Positions 49,040 through 57,914 of a stretch of 64,000 nt of DNA are shown in pieces. A model generated the notes under the pieces. It did not search any database. It had not been told where the DNA came from and was given only the letters and a program-made list of their open reading frames with translations. Every line of letters starts with the position of its first letter. Within the stretch, counting starts at the first letter, position 1. A program made the translations under genes and the position numbers. The stretch is from an uncultured Candidatus Saccharibacteria bacterium (GTDB taxonomy: Bacteria; Patescibacteriota; Minisyncoccia; Phycocordibacterales; CAIZLB01): NCBI GenBank assembly GCA_964368945.1, contig CAYJDM010000001.1, positions 106,849-170,848 of the forward strand, in the 5' to 3' direction.

Positions 49040-50803
49040 ATGAACACCAAAAACCTGCTCATCGCCCTCGTGGCCATGATGGGCCTCTTAGGGATCCGGT
49101 CCGTACGGGCTGATCCCTCGCTCTCCGTGAGCGAAACATCAGCGCAACAAGCTGTTGCGCCTCGCAATGTCTGGATTCGCCCGCTCTTCGGTGCGCGCAA
49201 TACAGCGGTCTATCGGTTCGACGCGAAGAGCGCGAACGGCGCCTGCAAGGCGAACGAAGTCAAGCTGAGCATACCGCCAACGGCGCGTATTCCTGAACAG
49301 GTCTACGTATACGATGGCGGCGTTCAACTGGCGTCGGGACTTCCCGATCAAGCGAATCGAACTGTCAGCCTTAACGGGTTCTCACTCGACATTCCGCAAG
49401 GTGCCACAAAGACATTGACCATCCTGGCTGACTATCCGCGGACCGACTATGTCGGCCCCTACGGAGAGTACGCCCAGGTCGAACTCGTTTCTGTCGGTTA
49501 TGTGACGGCAACGAATGTCGCCGCAACGGCAACACCATCTTCAAAAATGGTCAGCGCCCAGCAGCGGCTCTTTCGCCCGATGTCCGCAAACATTGGCGTC
49601 GATGAGACCCCGACTATCATAGAGGAAAGGAACTCAAGCGGAGTCCTGACCTCAATGTACGGACTCTTCGTAGTCACGTTCAAGCCGGAAGGCGGCAGCC
49701 TGAGGTCTCCCCAAGCCGAGGATTTCGTTATTCTCGGTCAGGTCGGTGGCGATGAAGTGCCATGCCAAGTAAGGGTATACGGAAGTGTTTCAGAGGTTCA
49801 GAGTGACTCGACGTACTACGCCTATGTAGGCGGTAGCATTCCGCTGCGCATTGAAGGTGCAAACCATCAGCGCGCCGGCGCAGTCAGCTTCCGAATCGCA
49901 CAGGTTACCTGGGAAAATCATCCCAATTCACCTGCCATATCGACTCAGCAGACCTGGGGTCTGGAGAGTCTGACCACGGCAACGACGGCAGTTCTGCCGA
50001 AGCCGGATTCTGAATCATCGGTAACTGCTGGTCGGGTAGGAAAGGTGAGTACGAAGGTTTGGGATGAAATCACAAGTGCCTTGAAGCCCGTTGACGGTTT
50101 CAAGGGGCAAGTGGTTTCCGAAGGCGGACAGATTCTGATCTGCCCTACGAATCCCAACCAGAAGAAATATCTGGTATTCCCGACGACCCATCCGCTAGGC
50201 GGACAGATCGCTGAGGTTGACGTTGTCGTAACACCGACCACGATGACCCCCTCGGTCCGCGCCCCAGAAGACCTGTCTGTCGACTCGCGCGAGACGCTGG
50301 TGGAATATCCGCTGACCTCTCTCGTTAGGATTCCAACGTCGCAACAGACGATGCTGGCAAATTTCGAGGTTACTCTCGGAGGCCTCCACGTACAAGGGAA
50401 GGCGATCCGCACGGGTCCGCTTACCGCAAGCCTGCAGTTCTATTGGGATTGCGAAAACGGCGTCTCGAACGCTCCCGGTGCAAACCTGGACCGTCTGGAT
50501 CTGGCTCCCGGATATACGACCGGCAATATCGAGTCTCGTCCGATGCGCTTTGATCTCGGGATTGGGCAGGTGTCGAAAGACTCCAGCTCTTTCCGTCTGA
50601 ATGTCAAAGGTGCTCCAGGAGCGTACTCCGTGTACACTTCCAAGGATCTCGCATCAGGCTGGGTTCCTGCAGACTTCGAATACGGCCCGATGCAATCGGC
50701 CGCAGTCGGAGGCGCTACGATGACCGGCGAATTGCGGATTCCGTCCGCATCGCTGACAACGCCCGAAGCGCCGACCCGCTTCTTTCGATTGGAGGTGCGA
50801 TGA
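49040..50803 (+). CDS. secreted hypothetical protein, GC-rich, paralogous to the 20929 gene
   Basis: Signal peptide MNTKNLLIALVAMMGLLGIRSVRA; 587 aa, beta-rich; GC near 58 percent and CGC/CGG arginine codons, unlike the CGA-rich neighbours; C-terminus DLASGWVPADFEY...RFFRLEVR. Confidence 0.55.
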   Translation: MNTKNLLIALVAMMGLLGIRSVRADPSLSVSETSAQQAVAPRNVWIRPLFGARNTAVYRFDAKSANGACKANEVKLSIPPTARIPEQVYVYDGGVQLASGLPDQANRTVSLNGFSLDIPQGATKTLTILADYPRTDYVGPYGEYAQVELVSVGYVTATNVAATATPSSKMVSAQQRLFRPMSANIGVDETPTIIEERNSSGVLTSMYGLFVVTFKPEGGSLRSPQAEDFVILGQVGGDEVPCQVRVYGSVSEVQSDSTYYAYVGGSIPLRIEGANHQRAGAVSFRIAQVTWENHPNSPAISTQQTWGLESLTTATTAVLPKPDSESSVTAGRVGKVSTKVWDEITSALKPVDGFKGQVVSEGGQILICPTNPNQKKYLVFPTTHPLGGQIAEVDVVVTPTTMTPSVRAPEDLSVDSRETLVEYPLTSLVRIPTSQQTMLANFEVTLGGLHVQGKAIRTGPLTASLQFYWDCENGVSNAPGANLDRLDLAPGYTTGNIESRPMRFDLGIGQVSKDSSSFRLNVKGAPGAYSVYTSKDLASGWVPADFEYGPMQSAAVGGATMTGELRIPSASLTTPEAPTRFFRLEVR

Positions 50804-51029
50804 CCTGCCAAGCTCCGACAATCCCAAGTAGTGCTTAAAGCCCATGTGTCCCCGGGAGGGGATGCATGGGCTCTACTATTTTTAATATTTTGAAAAACCC
50901 CGATTCTTTTACTTTCTTATAAAAAATGCTAGGATATTCGTGTTGTCAGACAACACCCGTCCTGACATGGCTTTTCAGCCATGCCGGAGATTTGGGCGCT
51001 GCTCGAAAGCAACATGACCTAAAATAGAT

Positions 51030-51113
51030 GCGCAGATGGCGGAGCGGTCAATCGCAATTGACTGTAAATCAATCGCCCATTGGGCTACGCAGGTTCGAAT
51101 CCTGCTCTGCGCA
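51030..51113 (+). tRNA. tRNA-Tyr (anticodon GTA), class II
   Basis: gcgcagatggcggagcggtcaatcgcaattgactGTAaatcaat + variable arm cgcccattgggcta + cgcaggttcgaatcctgctctgcgca. Confidence 0.85.
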
Positions 51114-51170
51114 CAAAATGAAAAACCCCTTTATGGGGTTTTTCATTTTGTGCGCAGAGCAGGATTCGAA
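51094..51170. repeat. 36-bp perfect inverted repeat incorporating the last 20 nt of tRNA-Tyr
   Basis: ttcgaatcctgctctgcgcacaaaatgaaaaacccc, spacer tttat, then ggggtttttcattttgtgcgcagagcaggattcgaa; this generates the mirror-image ORFs 51028-51459 and 51069-51317 in the track. Confidence 0.8.
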
Positions 51171-51291
51171 AGCCGGACCGCAGCTCCGATGTGAGCGTAG
51201 CGAACCGGAGCAAGGGAGGCGGGGTCGACAGGCTTTTTGCGAAGCAAAAAGAACTGGTGACCGAATCCTGAATCTTTCTTGCTTATGTTGT

Positions 51292-51513
51292 CTACTTATC
51301 CTCCTCTCTCGCATCAAACTCCTTCGTCATCCTTTCATACCATTGCTCCTTAGTCTCAGTCTGCGGATTATTAGGGTCCATGATTTTGTCCATATGCGCC
51401 TGATCTGCTTGCATATGCGCCATGCCTTTCTGGATGATCTCATCGAAAGTCTCGCCTGAGAATTTCTCATCGCAGATTCCGCCCAATTCCTTGCATGTGA
51501 ATGTTTTTGTCAT
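51292..51513 (-). CDS. DUF1059-like small protein
   Basis: MTKTFTCKELGGICDEKFSGETFDEIIQKGMAHMQ matches the DUF1059 N-terminal pattern as I recall it; start at the internal Met (track ORF 51292-51579). Confidence 0.5.
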   Translation of the reverse strand: MTKTFTCKELGGICDEKFSGETFDEIIQKGMAHMQADQAHMDKIMDPNNPQTETKEQWYERMTKEFDAREEDK

Positions 51514-51649
51514 GATAGTAAAAGTATAGCAGATCAAACTGCGAATTCGTTTTTCAAGACAATATGCAGTTCTTTGCACGCATTATTGCCGAACTGGGCG
51601 CTTTCGAACCCTGCTCTCTTTAATGAATATTGACATATGCAAGTTATAA

Positions 51650-52150
51650 TTGTACTCTAAAAAAGAACAACCAGCACAACCCATTCAGATTACGATGAAT
51701 CCAGAACAGAATAAAATCAGCCAGATAATCGAAAGGCTCAAGGCGAGGAGATGCATAGGGCATGTCTTCGAGAGGGGGATGAGATCCATCCGCTCCGTTC
51801 GCGACAATGGCACCGTCCATTGCGTGACCAGAATCAAGGACATTACGGTGCACATATCGAAATTTACAAATGTGAAAAAGCAGCGGAAGGCAATATCGCC
51901 AGAACCTTCCGATTCGGCCAGTGACATCGTGACGACTTGGTTTCAGATGTGTGTGAAAGACCTGGCAGCGACAACTGGAAGAAGGTTTCCCATGAAGGAA
52001 ACCGTAGCGGGTCCGGGAGAGGTTTTGCATGATGAAATGGAAGGCCTTTTCGAGCAGGCATTCAAGAAGGCAAAGCCATTCAATCCTGGTTCTCAGGAGC
52101 GACAGGCAGCATTGTCAGCATTGCAATTCGTTCTCGATACGATTGGCTAA
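51650..52150 (+). CDS. hypothetical protein (possible inserted cassette)
   Basis: 166-aa ORF flanked by degenerate direct repeats and followed by the hairpin aggggcggcgcc/ggcgccgccttt. Confidence 0.3.
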   Translation: MYSKKEQPAQPIQITMNPEQNKISQIIERLKARRCIGHVFERGMRSIRSVRDNGTVHCVTRIKDITVHISKFTNVKKQRKAISPEPSDSASDIVTTWFQMCVKDLAATTGRRFPMKETVAGPGEVLHDEMEGLFEQAFKKAKPFNPGSQERQAALSALQFVLDTIG

Positions 52151-52180
52151 AGGGGCGGCGCCAGCATGGCGCCGCCTTTC

Positions 52181-52495
52181 TCACATCTGATTTTTAACAA
52201 TGATATGCAGTTCTTTGCAAACAGCCTCGATGCTCTTGATCAAAACCTCAGGCCGCTTCGTATACAGGACCAAAAGCTGCACAGCGCTGCCTTCCTTGAT
52301 TTGGAGGGCGATGCCGGCAGAGCAGGGAGAGGCCTTGAGCCTTCGCTCCCCATTGGGCCGCCCACCCGTCTTGATCTCGCCGAACTGGACGCTTTCGAAG
52401 CCGTCAGCCTTCTTGATCTCGTCGACCAGCTTTTCAGCCAGCCCTATGGCCGTCGTATGGCTGCCGCGCCGCTTGTTTCCTTTGAGGCCTTTCAT
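52181..52495 (-). CDS. YhbY/CRM-domain-like RNA-binding protein (possible)
   Basis: LKGNKRRGSHT..IGLAEKLVDEIKKA...ELVQ..VLYTKRP loosely matches the CRS1/YhbY pattern (L.gkqkr...iGk.GlT..v..eId.a....ELvKv......lVq..G...vLYRP); start taken at MKGLKG. Confidence 0.4.
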   Translation of the reverse strand: MKGLKGNKRRGSHTTAIGLAEKLVDEIKKADGFESVQFGEIKTGGRPNGERRLKASPCSAGIALQIKEGSAVQLLVLYTKRPEVLIKSIEAVCKELHIIVKNQM

Positions 52496-52563
52496 ATGAA
52501 TGAAATATAGCACGATTGACGCTGCGCATAATACGGGTACTATGATTCCAACGCTACAGAGCG

Positions 52564-53118
52564 TTGCTTGCCGAGAAGCGATCTCGGCTGTTCTTACCAA
52601 ACTTATTTAATATGCCTACAGACGAAATGCCTCGTGCGCTGCAGACCGCGGCACCAAAGAGAAAGAAGCTCCTCTTCCTGAATATCGATCCGCTCGTATC
52701 CCTCGCGAACGTGCCCGAATCGCTTTTCGAGCTATGCTACACGCCGGTTTGGGTGAGTACCGGAAAACGGTTTGATGGTAAAATTCCTGCCCATGCGAAC
52801 GGACTTCAAGACATGGCTGACTCCGGCGAGGATGTCGATCTGTTCGTGGTCATGCACAAGGTGGCAATTGCTGATGACGGCAGCCACGAAGGGGTGGATA
52901 TTGTCGGCGCTTTGCCGCGATCCCTCAGTCAGAAAGTCCTTATCCTGTTTCCCAGCCAGACGAGCTGTTCAACCCATAAGGGCCTCTACAGCGCTCTCGG
53001 CTGCGAACATTTCGCCACCTGGGACATGCATGTCGACTATATGGCCAGCATGCTCAGGGTATCCAAAGACGCATGGCTGAATGCTGCCTGCGCTTGTCTG
53101 GAACTCGCGGCTGCCTGA
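52564..53118 (+). CDS. hypothetical protein on a GC-rich segment
   Basis: 184-aa ORF; several Cys/His (CSTHKGLYSALGCEHF); no family recognised. Confidence 0.3.
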   Translation: MLAEKRSRLFLPNLFNMPTDEMPRALQTAAPKRKKLLFLNIDPLVSLANVPESLFELCYTPVWVSTGKRFDGKIPAHANGLQDMADSGEDVDLFVVMHKVAIADDGSHEGVDIVGALPRSLSQKVLILFPSQTSCSTHKGLYSALGCEHFATWDMHVDYMASMLRVSKDAWLNAACACLELAAA

Positions 53119-53275
53119 ATCGAATGCGCGATGAGCCCTACGGCAATGCCATGGGGTCCAGGCAGAAATATGTGTAAAACATCCCGGATGGGCCGAATGG
53201 CTCGTCCGGGAATTGCTTTTTCAAGAAAATCTGCTATAGTATCCGGACTACTATTTAGCTGATTAATATCGATTT

Positions 53276-53437
53276 ATGGCCCAGGAACTACTAAGACTCA
53301 AGTGCAGCAAGTGCAAGAATGCGAACTACTACACGTCAAAGAACAAGAAGACTGTCGAGAAAAAGCTCGATTTGAACAAGTTTTGCGCTAACTGCAAGAA
53401 GACTCAGAAGCACAAGGAGACAAAGATCACCGGCTAG
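53276..53437 (+). CDS. rpmG: 50S ribosomal protein L33
   Basis: Translated by hand (below the 60-aa track cutoff): MAQELLRLKCSKCKNANYYTSKNKKTVEKKLDLNKFCANCKKTQKHKETKITG, with a four-Cys zinc ribbon and a KNKK..EKL.L.KF.. pattern; followed by a terminator and tRNA-Trp, as is common. Confidence 0.75.
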   Translation: MAQELLRLKCSKCKNANYYTSKNKKTVEKKLDLNKFCANCKKTQKHKETKITG

Positions 53438-53496
53438 GGCTTGGCTGGAAGGGATTGTGAAGCGATCAGCTGATAACATCTCAAATAAAAAAGAAG

Positions 53497-53529
53497 AGCG
53501 GCGGATCGCAGGATCCGCTGCTTTTTTTC
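53497..53529 (+). terminator. intrinsic terminator after rpmG
   Basis: Stem gcggatc/gatccgc with a gcag loop, then T7. Confidence 0.65.
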
Positions 53530-53647
53530 CATGCAAATGCCAAAAGCGAGCTTTGATTGAATTTTGACCCAAAGTAGATTAAACTGGCCCTACGTCGCTC
53601 CTCGATCCAGCCGATTCAGGAGCGGCAAAACATATACAGGAATATAC

Positions 53648-53722
53648 GGGTCCATAGTTTCAACGGTAAAACATCGCACTCCAAACGCGAGGTTCTAGGT
53701 TCGAGTCCTAGTGGGCCCGCCA
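53648..53722 (+). tRNA. tRNA-Trp (anticodon CCA)
   Basis: gggtccatagtttcaacggtaaaacatcgcactCCAaacgcgaggttctaggttcgagtcctagtgggcccgcca, with CCA encoded. Confidence 0.8.
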
Positions 53723-53818
53723 ATTAGAGCTAGTACGAGAGGGGTAGCCCATTCGGGCGCCCGAGAAGGGTAATGCATATAGTTTGAATATAGTACTGAT
53801 TCACATTGCGATCAGATT

Positions 53819-54250
53819 TTGATAGAATTACCGTATATGCACGCCTCTCTTACTGGTTTGAAAAAAATAGCAAAACTTGCTTTGATCTCGTTTGTGCTTT
53901 GGGTGATGCTCCTTGGGTTTTCTCAGTCTGCAATCGGGGCCGCTACGAATAATCAAATGGATAATTGTCCTTTTTCTGGACACTCCATGTCTATTTGCAA
54001 AACAAATCCCATAGAGCACATCGAAGAATGGCAGAGCATGTTCGCCTCAATTCCAGCAAAAGATGCAATCTCAATTCTGTTTGTACTTCTGGCATGTCTG
54101 GCAATAAGAAATGCAGTATCTCGATATAAATTTTCACTTGTGGAGATAGGGCGTCTCTATGCAAAGCATCTCTTCAGAAACGATTTCAATATATTGAATC
54201 CAACTAAGGAAGCTTTTTCCAGAGGAATTCTCAATCCTAAGCTTTTCTAA
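53819..54250 (+). CDS. hypothetical membrane protein
   Basis: 143 aa, two TM helices, extracytoplasmic Cys pair (CPFSGHSMSIC). Confidence 0.4.
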   Translation: MIELPYMHASLTGLKKIAKLALISFVLWVMLLGFSQSAIGAATNNQMDNCPFSGHSMSICKTNPIEHIEEWQSMFASIPAKDAISILFVLLACLAIRNAVSRYKFSLVEIGRLYAKHLFRNDFNILNPTKEAFSRGILNPKLF

Positions 54251-54323
54251 TCTCCACCCACTTAGCTGAATAATACGCTTATGGCGTATTTGCTTTATAT
54301 TTATTAATTTAAAGATACATACC

Positions 54324-55055
54324 ATGGAACCAAATACACAACCAATTAAAAAAAACACGCTGGCAATGCCAATTGCCATTGTTATCGCAGGGGCACTCAT
54401 TGCTAGCGCGGTGATATACCGTGGCGGCAGTGTGCCTACGGCTGCGGACATGGCAAATCAGCCGCAACAGCGGGCGGCACAGCAAACAGGTGATCTTGAA
54501 CAAATGACACCAGTTACGTCTAAAGACCATATCCGAGGTGATGTGAATGCGCCGGTAAAAATAGTGGAGTATTCAGATACCGAATGTCCATTCTGCAAGG
54601 TGTTCCATACCAATATGAAAGAAATAATGAATACCTATGGCAAAGACGGAAAAGTAGCATGGGTATACCGACACTTTCCGATCGATCAGCGTCATCCTAA
54701 GGCACGAAAAGAGGCTGTCGCTTTTGAATGTGCGAATGAGTTGGGAGGAAACGACAAGTTCTGGGAATATGCCGATCGCCTCTACGAAGTCACTCCGGCA
54801 AACAATGGACTTGACCTCGCAGAGTTACCAAAGATTGCGGAGCATGTCGGCTTAGACAAGGCAAAATTCAACACCTGTCTCTCAAGTACGAAATACGATA
54901 AGCACATCCAGGATGAAGTCGAGAATGCACAGGCAACCGGTGGCAACGGAACGCCATGGAGCATTGTGGTCGGCAAAGACGGGAAGAAGTATCCATTGTC
55001 GGGAGCGCAACCAATATCGGCCATTAAACAGTTGATTGATCTTGCGTCAAAATAA
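54324..55055 (+). CDS. membrane-anchored DsbA-like thiol:disulfide oxidoreductase
   Basis: N-terminal TM; thioredoxin-fold active site VEYSDTECPFCKVFH; second conserved Cys region. Confidence 0.7.
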   Translation: MEPNTQPIKKNTLAMPIAIVIAGALIASAVIYRGGSVPTAADMANQPQQRAAQQTGDLEQMTPVTSKDHIRGDVNAPVKIVEYSDTECPFCKVFHTNMKEIMNTYGKDGKVAWVYRHFPIDQRHPKARKEAVAFECANELGGNDKFWEYADRLYEVTPANNGLDLAELPKIAEHVGLDKAKFNTCLSSTKYDKHIQDEVENAQATGGNGTPWSIVVGKDGKKYPLSGAQPISAIKQLIDLASK

Positions 55056-55057
55056 CT

Positions 55058-55603
55058 ATGATTCCTAATGCCTTACAAAAAGTATTCCGGAAACCAGGCC
55101 TTGTGGTTCTTGCACTTCTCGTAAGTGCGTCGGTGTTTGTGTTTGCCGTCTGGCTTCCAAATATCCGACTGGTTGCGGGCATAGTCAGCTCACCTGATGT
55201 ACCTTTTGTAAGCAAGATTCAATTGCCCCTCAGTCTCCTGGGTTCTATTGGAACAAATTTCACACCACTCTCCGCCACTTACACGATTGTGATCGCCATT
55301 CTCTTTGGAGTGTACATTGCAATGATCACTTACTTCCTGAAGCGTCGGATCAAAGAGGTTGGAAAAAGTGGAGTGGCAACTGGATTCCTGGGTATCGCAA
55401 GCGGAGTGTTGGGGGTTGGATGTGCCGCCTGCGGTTCATTTCTTCTCACAAGCTTAACGCTTGTCGGTGCTGGAGGAGTATTGACGTTTCTGCCACTAGG
55501 AGGCAGTGAGTTCGGAATCATTGGAGCTATCCTGCTTGCCGTGGCAGTCTACATGACTGCAAAAAAGATTGTTGATCCCCAAGTATGCAAAGTCGAAAAT
55601 TAA
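55058..55603 (+). CDS. polytopic membrane protein with intramembrane CxxC
   Basis: 181 aa, about 4 TM helices; GVGCAACGSF lies within a hydrophobic segment. Confidence 0.4.
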   Translation: MIPNALQKVFRKPGLVVLALLVSASVFVFAVWLPNIRLVAGIVSSPDVPFVSKIQLPLSLLGSIGTNFTPLSATYTIVIAILFGVYIAMITYFLKRRIKEVGKSGVATGFLGIASGVLGVGCAACGSFLLTSLTLVGAGGVLTFLPLGGSEFGIIGAILLAVAVYMTAKKIVDPQVCKVEN

Positions 55604-55607
55604 ATTT

Positions 55608-56051
55608 ATGAAAAAATTAATCAATAAAATATCATTCCAAACCCTCCATTATGCGATCCTGCTTCAGGCAGGAATCGCTATGGCGGGAAGTCTGTTCTTC
55701 AGCGAGGTCATGAATCTGCCGCCATGCGTGTTGTGCTGGTATCAGCGCATCGCCATGTACCCGATAGTGATCCTTGCCGCAATCGGCATCATTCGAAACG
55801 ACAGAAAGACATGCGTCTCGGTCCTCGCGCTTGCTCTGCCAGGCCTCGCGATATCGATCTACCACAACCTGCTTTATTGGAAGATACTTCCCGAAAGCAT
55901 TGCGCCCTGCATGCTCGGGGTATCATGCACCACCAAGTTCTTTGAATGGTTCGGCTTCATTACCATCCCACTCATGGCGCTTGTGGCGTTCATTATTATT
56001 AACGTGCTAGCATTTATTAGCTTAAAGAAAAATACATATGAAAAATCTTAA
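55608..56051 (+). CDS. disulfide bond formation protein B (BdbC/DsbB-like)
   Basis: LFFSEVMNLPPCVLCWYQRIAMYP matches the BdbC/DsbB N-terminal Cys pair region; four TM helices; second Cys pair CMLGVSC. Confidence 0.65.
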   Translation: MKKLINKISFQTLHYAILLQAGIAMAGSLFFSEVMNLPPCVLCWYQRIAMYPIVILAAIGIIRNDRKTCVSVLALALPGLAISIYHNLLYWKILPESIAPCMLGVSCTTKFFEWFGFITIPLMALVAFIIINVLAFISLKKNTYEKS

Positions 56052-56694
56052 AATCATTATTGGAATTGTGGTCGCTATCGTAATCGTCTTTCTTCTTGCC
56101 AAGGGAGGGTATAAAAAGACAGAAGAAAAAGTAGAGACTACAAACACCAGTCAGGCTTCAGCACTTGAAATCAAAGCAAACGACTGGGTCTCTGGAACAA
56201 GCACCGCAAAGGTCACTCTCGTTGAATATCTCGACTTCGAATGCGAGGCCTGCGGAGCATTTTATCCGATAACGACAAGGCTCAAGGAAGAATATAAGGA
56301 TGATATGCGACTGGTCATCAGGTATTTCCCATTGTCGGGGCATAAGAATTCTCGAACAGCAGCGCATGCAGTGGAAGCGGCCGGAAAGCAGGGAAAGTTC
56401 TGGGAGATGTACAATATTCTCTTTACGAAACAGTCTGAGTGGAGTGAAAAGCCGGTCGCAAACCAGGATCAGTTTGAAAAGTATGCGGTTGAAGCGGGCG
56501 TTATGGATATCGAGCAGTGGAAAAAGGATGTCGTGAGCGATGAGGTAAAAAAGAGAGTTGATGACAGCTACAAAGAGGCGGTCAGTCTCAATCTCCAAGG
56601 CACTCCGTCATTCTTCCTTGATGGAAAAAAGATAGAAACTCCGAGAGGATACGAATCGTTCAAGCTTCTTATCGAAAAGGCGAAAAATAATTAA
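56038..56694 (+). CDS. membrane-anchored DsbA/BdbD-like thiol:disulfide oxidoreductase
   Basis: N-terminal TM; VEYLDFECEACGAFYP CxxC active site; thioredoxin-fold length. Confidence 0.7.
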   Translation: MKNLKIIIGIVVAIVIVFLLAKGGYKKTEEKVETTNTSQASALEIKANDWVSGTSTAKVTLVEYLDFECEACGAFYPITTRLKEEYKDDMRLVIRYFPLSGHKNSRTAAHAVEAAGKQGKFWEMYNILFTKQSEWSEKPVANQDQFEKYAVEAGVMDIEQWKKDVVSDEVKKRVDDSYKEAVSLNLQGTPSFFLDGKKIETPRGYESFKLLIEKAKNN

Positions 56695-56707
56695 TCAATA
56701 CACATCC

Positions 56708-57334
56708 ATGGAACATACAACATCAGAAAACAAAGAAATCTTAAAATCTAAGAAGCCAAAGCCTCTTGTAATCGCAATTGGAGTTGCAGCAGCCCTCATC
56801 ATCGTGGCCTTATTCTTTGCCAAAGGACTCTTCGTTGCTGCAACGGTAAACGGTAGTTCGATCAGCCGTCTTTCAGTTATCAAAGAGCTGGAGAAACAGG
56901 GTGGGAAACAGGCTCTCGAAGCGATCATCGACCAAAAGCTCATCGAGACTGAACTGAATAAGAAAGGAATAAGCGCATCAAAAGAGGAAGTCGATGTGGA
57001 GATCGAAAAGATAAGGACTCAAGTCGCCGCTCAGGGGGGAACTCTTGAAATGGCACTCGCACAACAAGGACTTACAGAAGAGAAGCTAAGAGAGCAAATC
57101 ACCACTCAGAAGAAGCTTGAGAAGCTTCTGGCAGACAAAGTTACAGTCAGTGAGGCAGAAATAGATGCGTATATCAAAGATTCAAAGGCCGCTCTGCCAA
57201 AAAGTGTAAAGATGGAGGATGTTAGAATGCAGGTCGGTGCGCAGCTTAGGCAGCAGAAATTCCAATCCGAAGCGCAGCAGTGGGTTTCTGAACTGACGGC
57301 AAATGCTAAGATAAAGTACTATGTCAACTACTAG
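56708..57334 (+). CDS. membrane-anchored SurA-N/PrsA-like chaperone-domain protein
   Basis: N-terminal TM then a helical domain resembling the SurA N-terminal chaperone module (ATVNGSSISRLSVIKELEKQ...); no PPIase domain. Confidence 0.4.
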   Translation: MEHTTSENKEILKSKKPKPLVIAIGVAAALIIVALFFAKGLFVAATVNGSSISRLSVIKELEKQGGKQALEAIIDQKLIETELNKKGISASKEEVDVEIEKIRTQVAAQGGTLEMALAQQGLTEEKLREQITTQKKLEKLLADKVTVSEAEIDAYIKDSKAALPKSVKMEDVRMQVGAQLRQQKFQSEAQQWVSELTANAKIKYYVNY

Positions 57335-57389
57335 AAACAAAAGAATTCTCATCCAATGGATAGATAAAGAACTTGCTGAATAAAGGCCC

Positions 57390-57863
57390 ATGCCCACATC
57401 AATCATCGTCTTCTGTGCACAATACCTTCCGTTTGTCATCCTTGCAGCAGCGGCAGTGTTCTTCGTAAGGCTCGATATTGTGAGGAAAAAATCCATGTTT
57501 GCGTTGTCATTGGTCTCATCTGTATTGGCTTTGGCAATGGATAAAACTCTGAATCTCCTGATCATCAGCCCTCGGCCCTTTGTGGTCAAGGGGGTAGATC
57601 CGCTTATCGCCCATGCGGCTGATAATGGATTTCCTTCTGAACACGCTCTCTTTGTATTCCTTATCGCAGGTGCTGTTTTCGCATATGACAAGAAGCTTGG
57701 AATTATCTTGGGAATAATAGGTGCCTTTGTCGGCACTGCGCGGGTAGTCGCAGACGTGCATCATCCGATCGATATAATCGGCGGATTTCTGATCGCCGCC
57801 ATTGCCCTTTTGATAGGGGAGTCCGTTCTCAAATGTCGAAAAGCAAAAGAGATTAATGTATAA
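57390..57863 (+). CDS. PAP2-superfamily phosphatase
   Basis: The three PAP2 motifs: ISPRPF (KX6RP-like), PSEHA (PSGH), ARVVADVHHPID (SRX5HX3D). Confidence 0.65.
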   Translation: MPTSIIVFCAQYLPFVILAAAAVFFVRLDIVRKKSMFALSLVSSVLALAMDKTLNLLIISPRPFVVKGVDPLIAHAADNGFPSEHALFVFLIAGAVFAYDKKLGIILGIIGAFVGTARVVADVHHPIDIIGGFLIAAIALLIGESVLKCRKAKEINV

Positions 57864-57914
57864 TAAAATCAAAAGGAGTTTGTGGATTTTCTTGGTATAA
57901 TGTGATATGTATAA

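Noticed and set aside
51028-51459. Mirror-image ORFs 51028-51459 (+) and 51069-51317 (-), both containing CSAHKMKNP.MGFFILCAEQDS
   Set aside because: They are artefacts of the 36-bp perfect palindrome formed by the tRNA-Tyr 3' end plus its inverted copy. They overlap the tRNA and have no coding signal.
53819-54250. SecE identity for the membrane protein downstream of rpmG and tRNA-Trp (the usual secE position)
   Set aside because: It has two TM helices with an extracytoplasmic Cys-containing loop and lacks the single C-terminal TM and conserved amphipathic helix of SecE.
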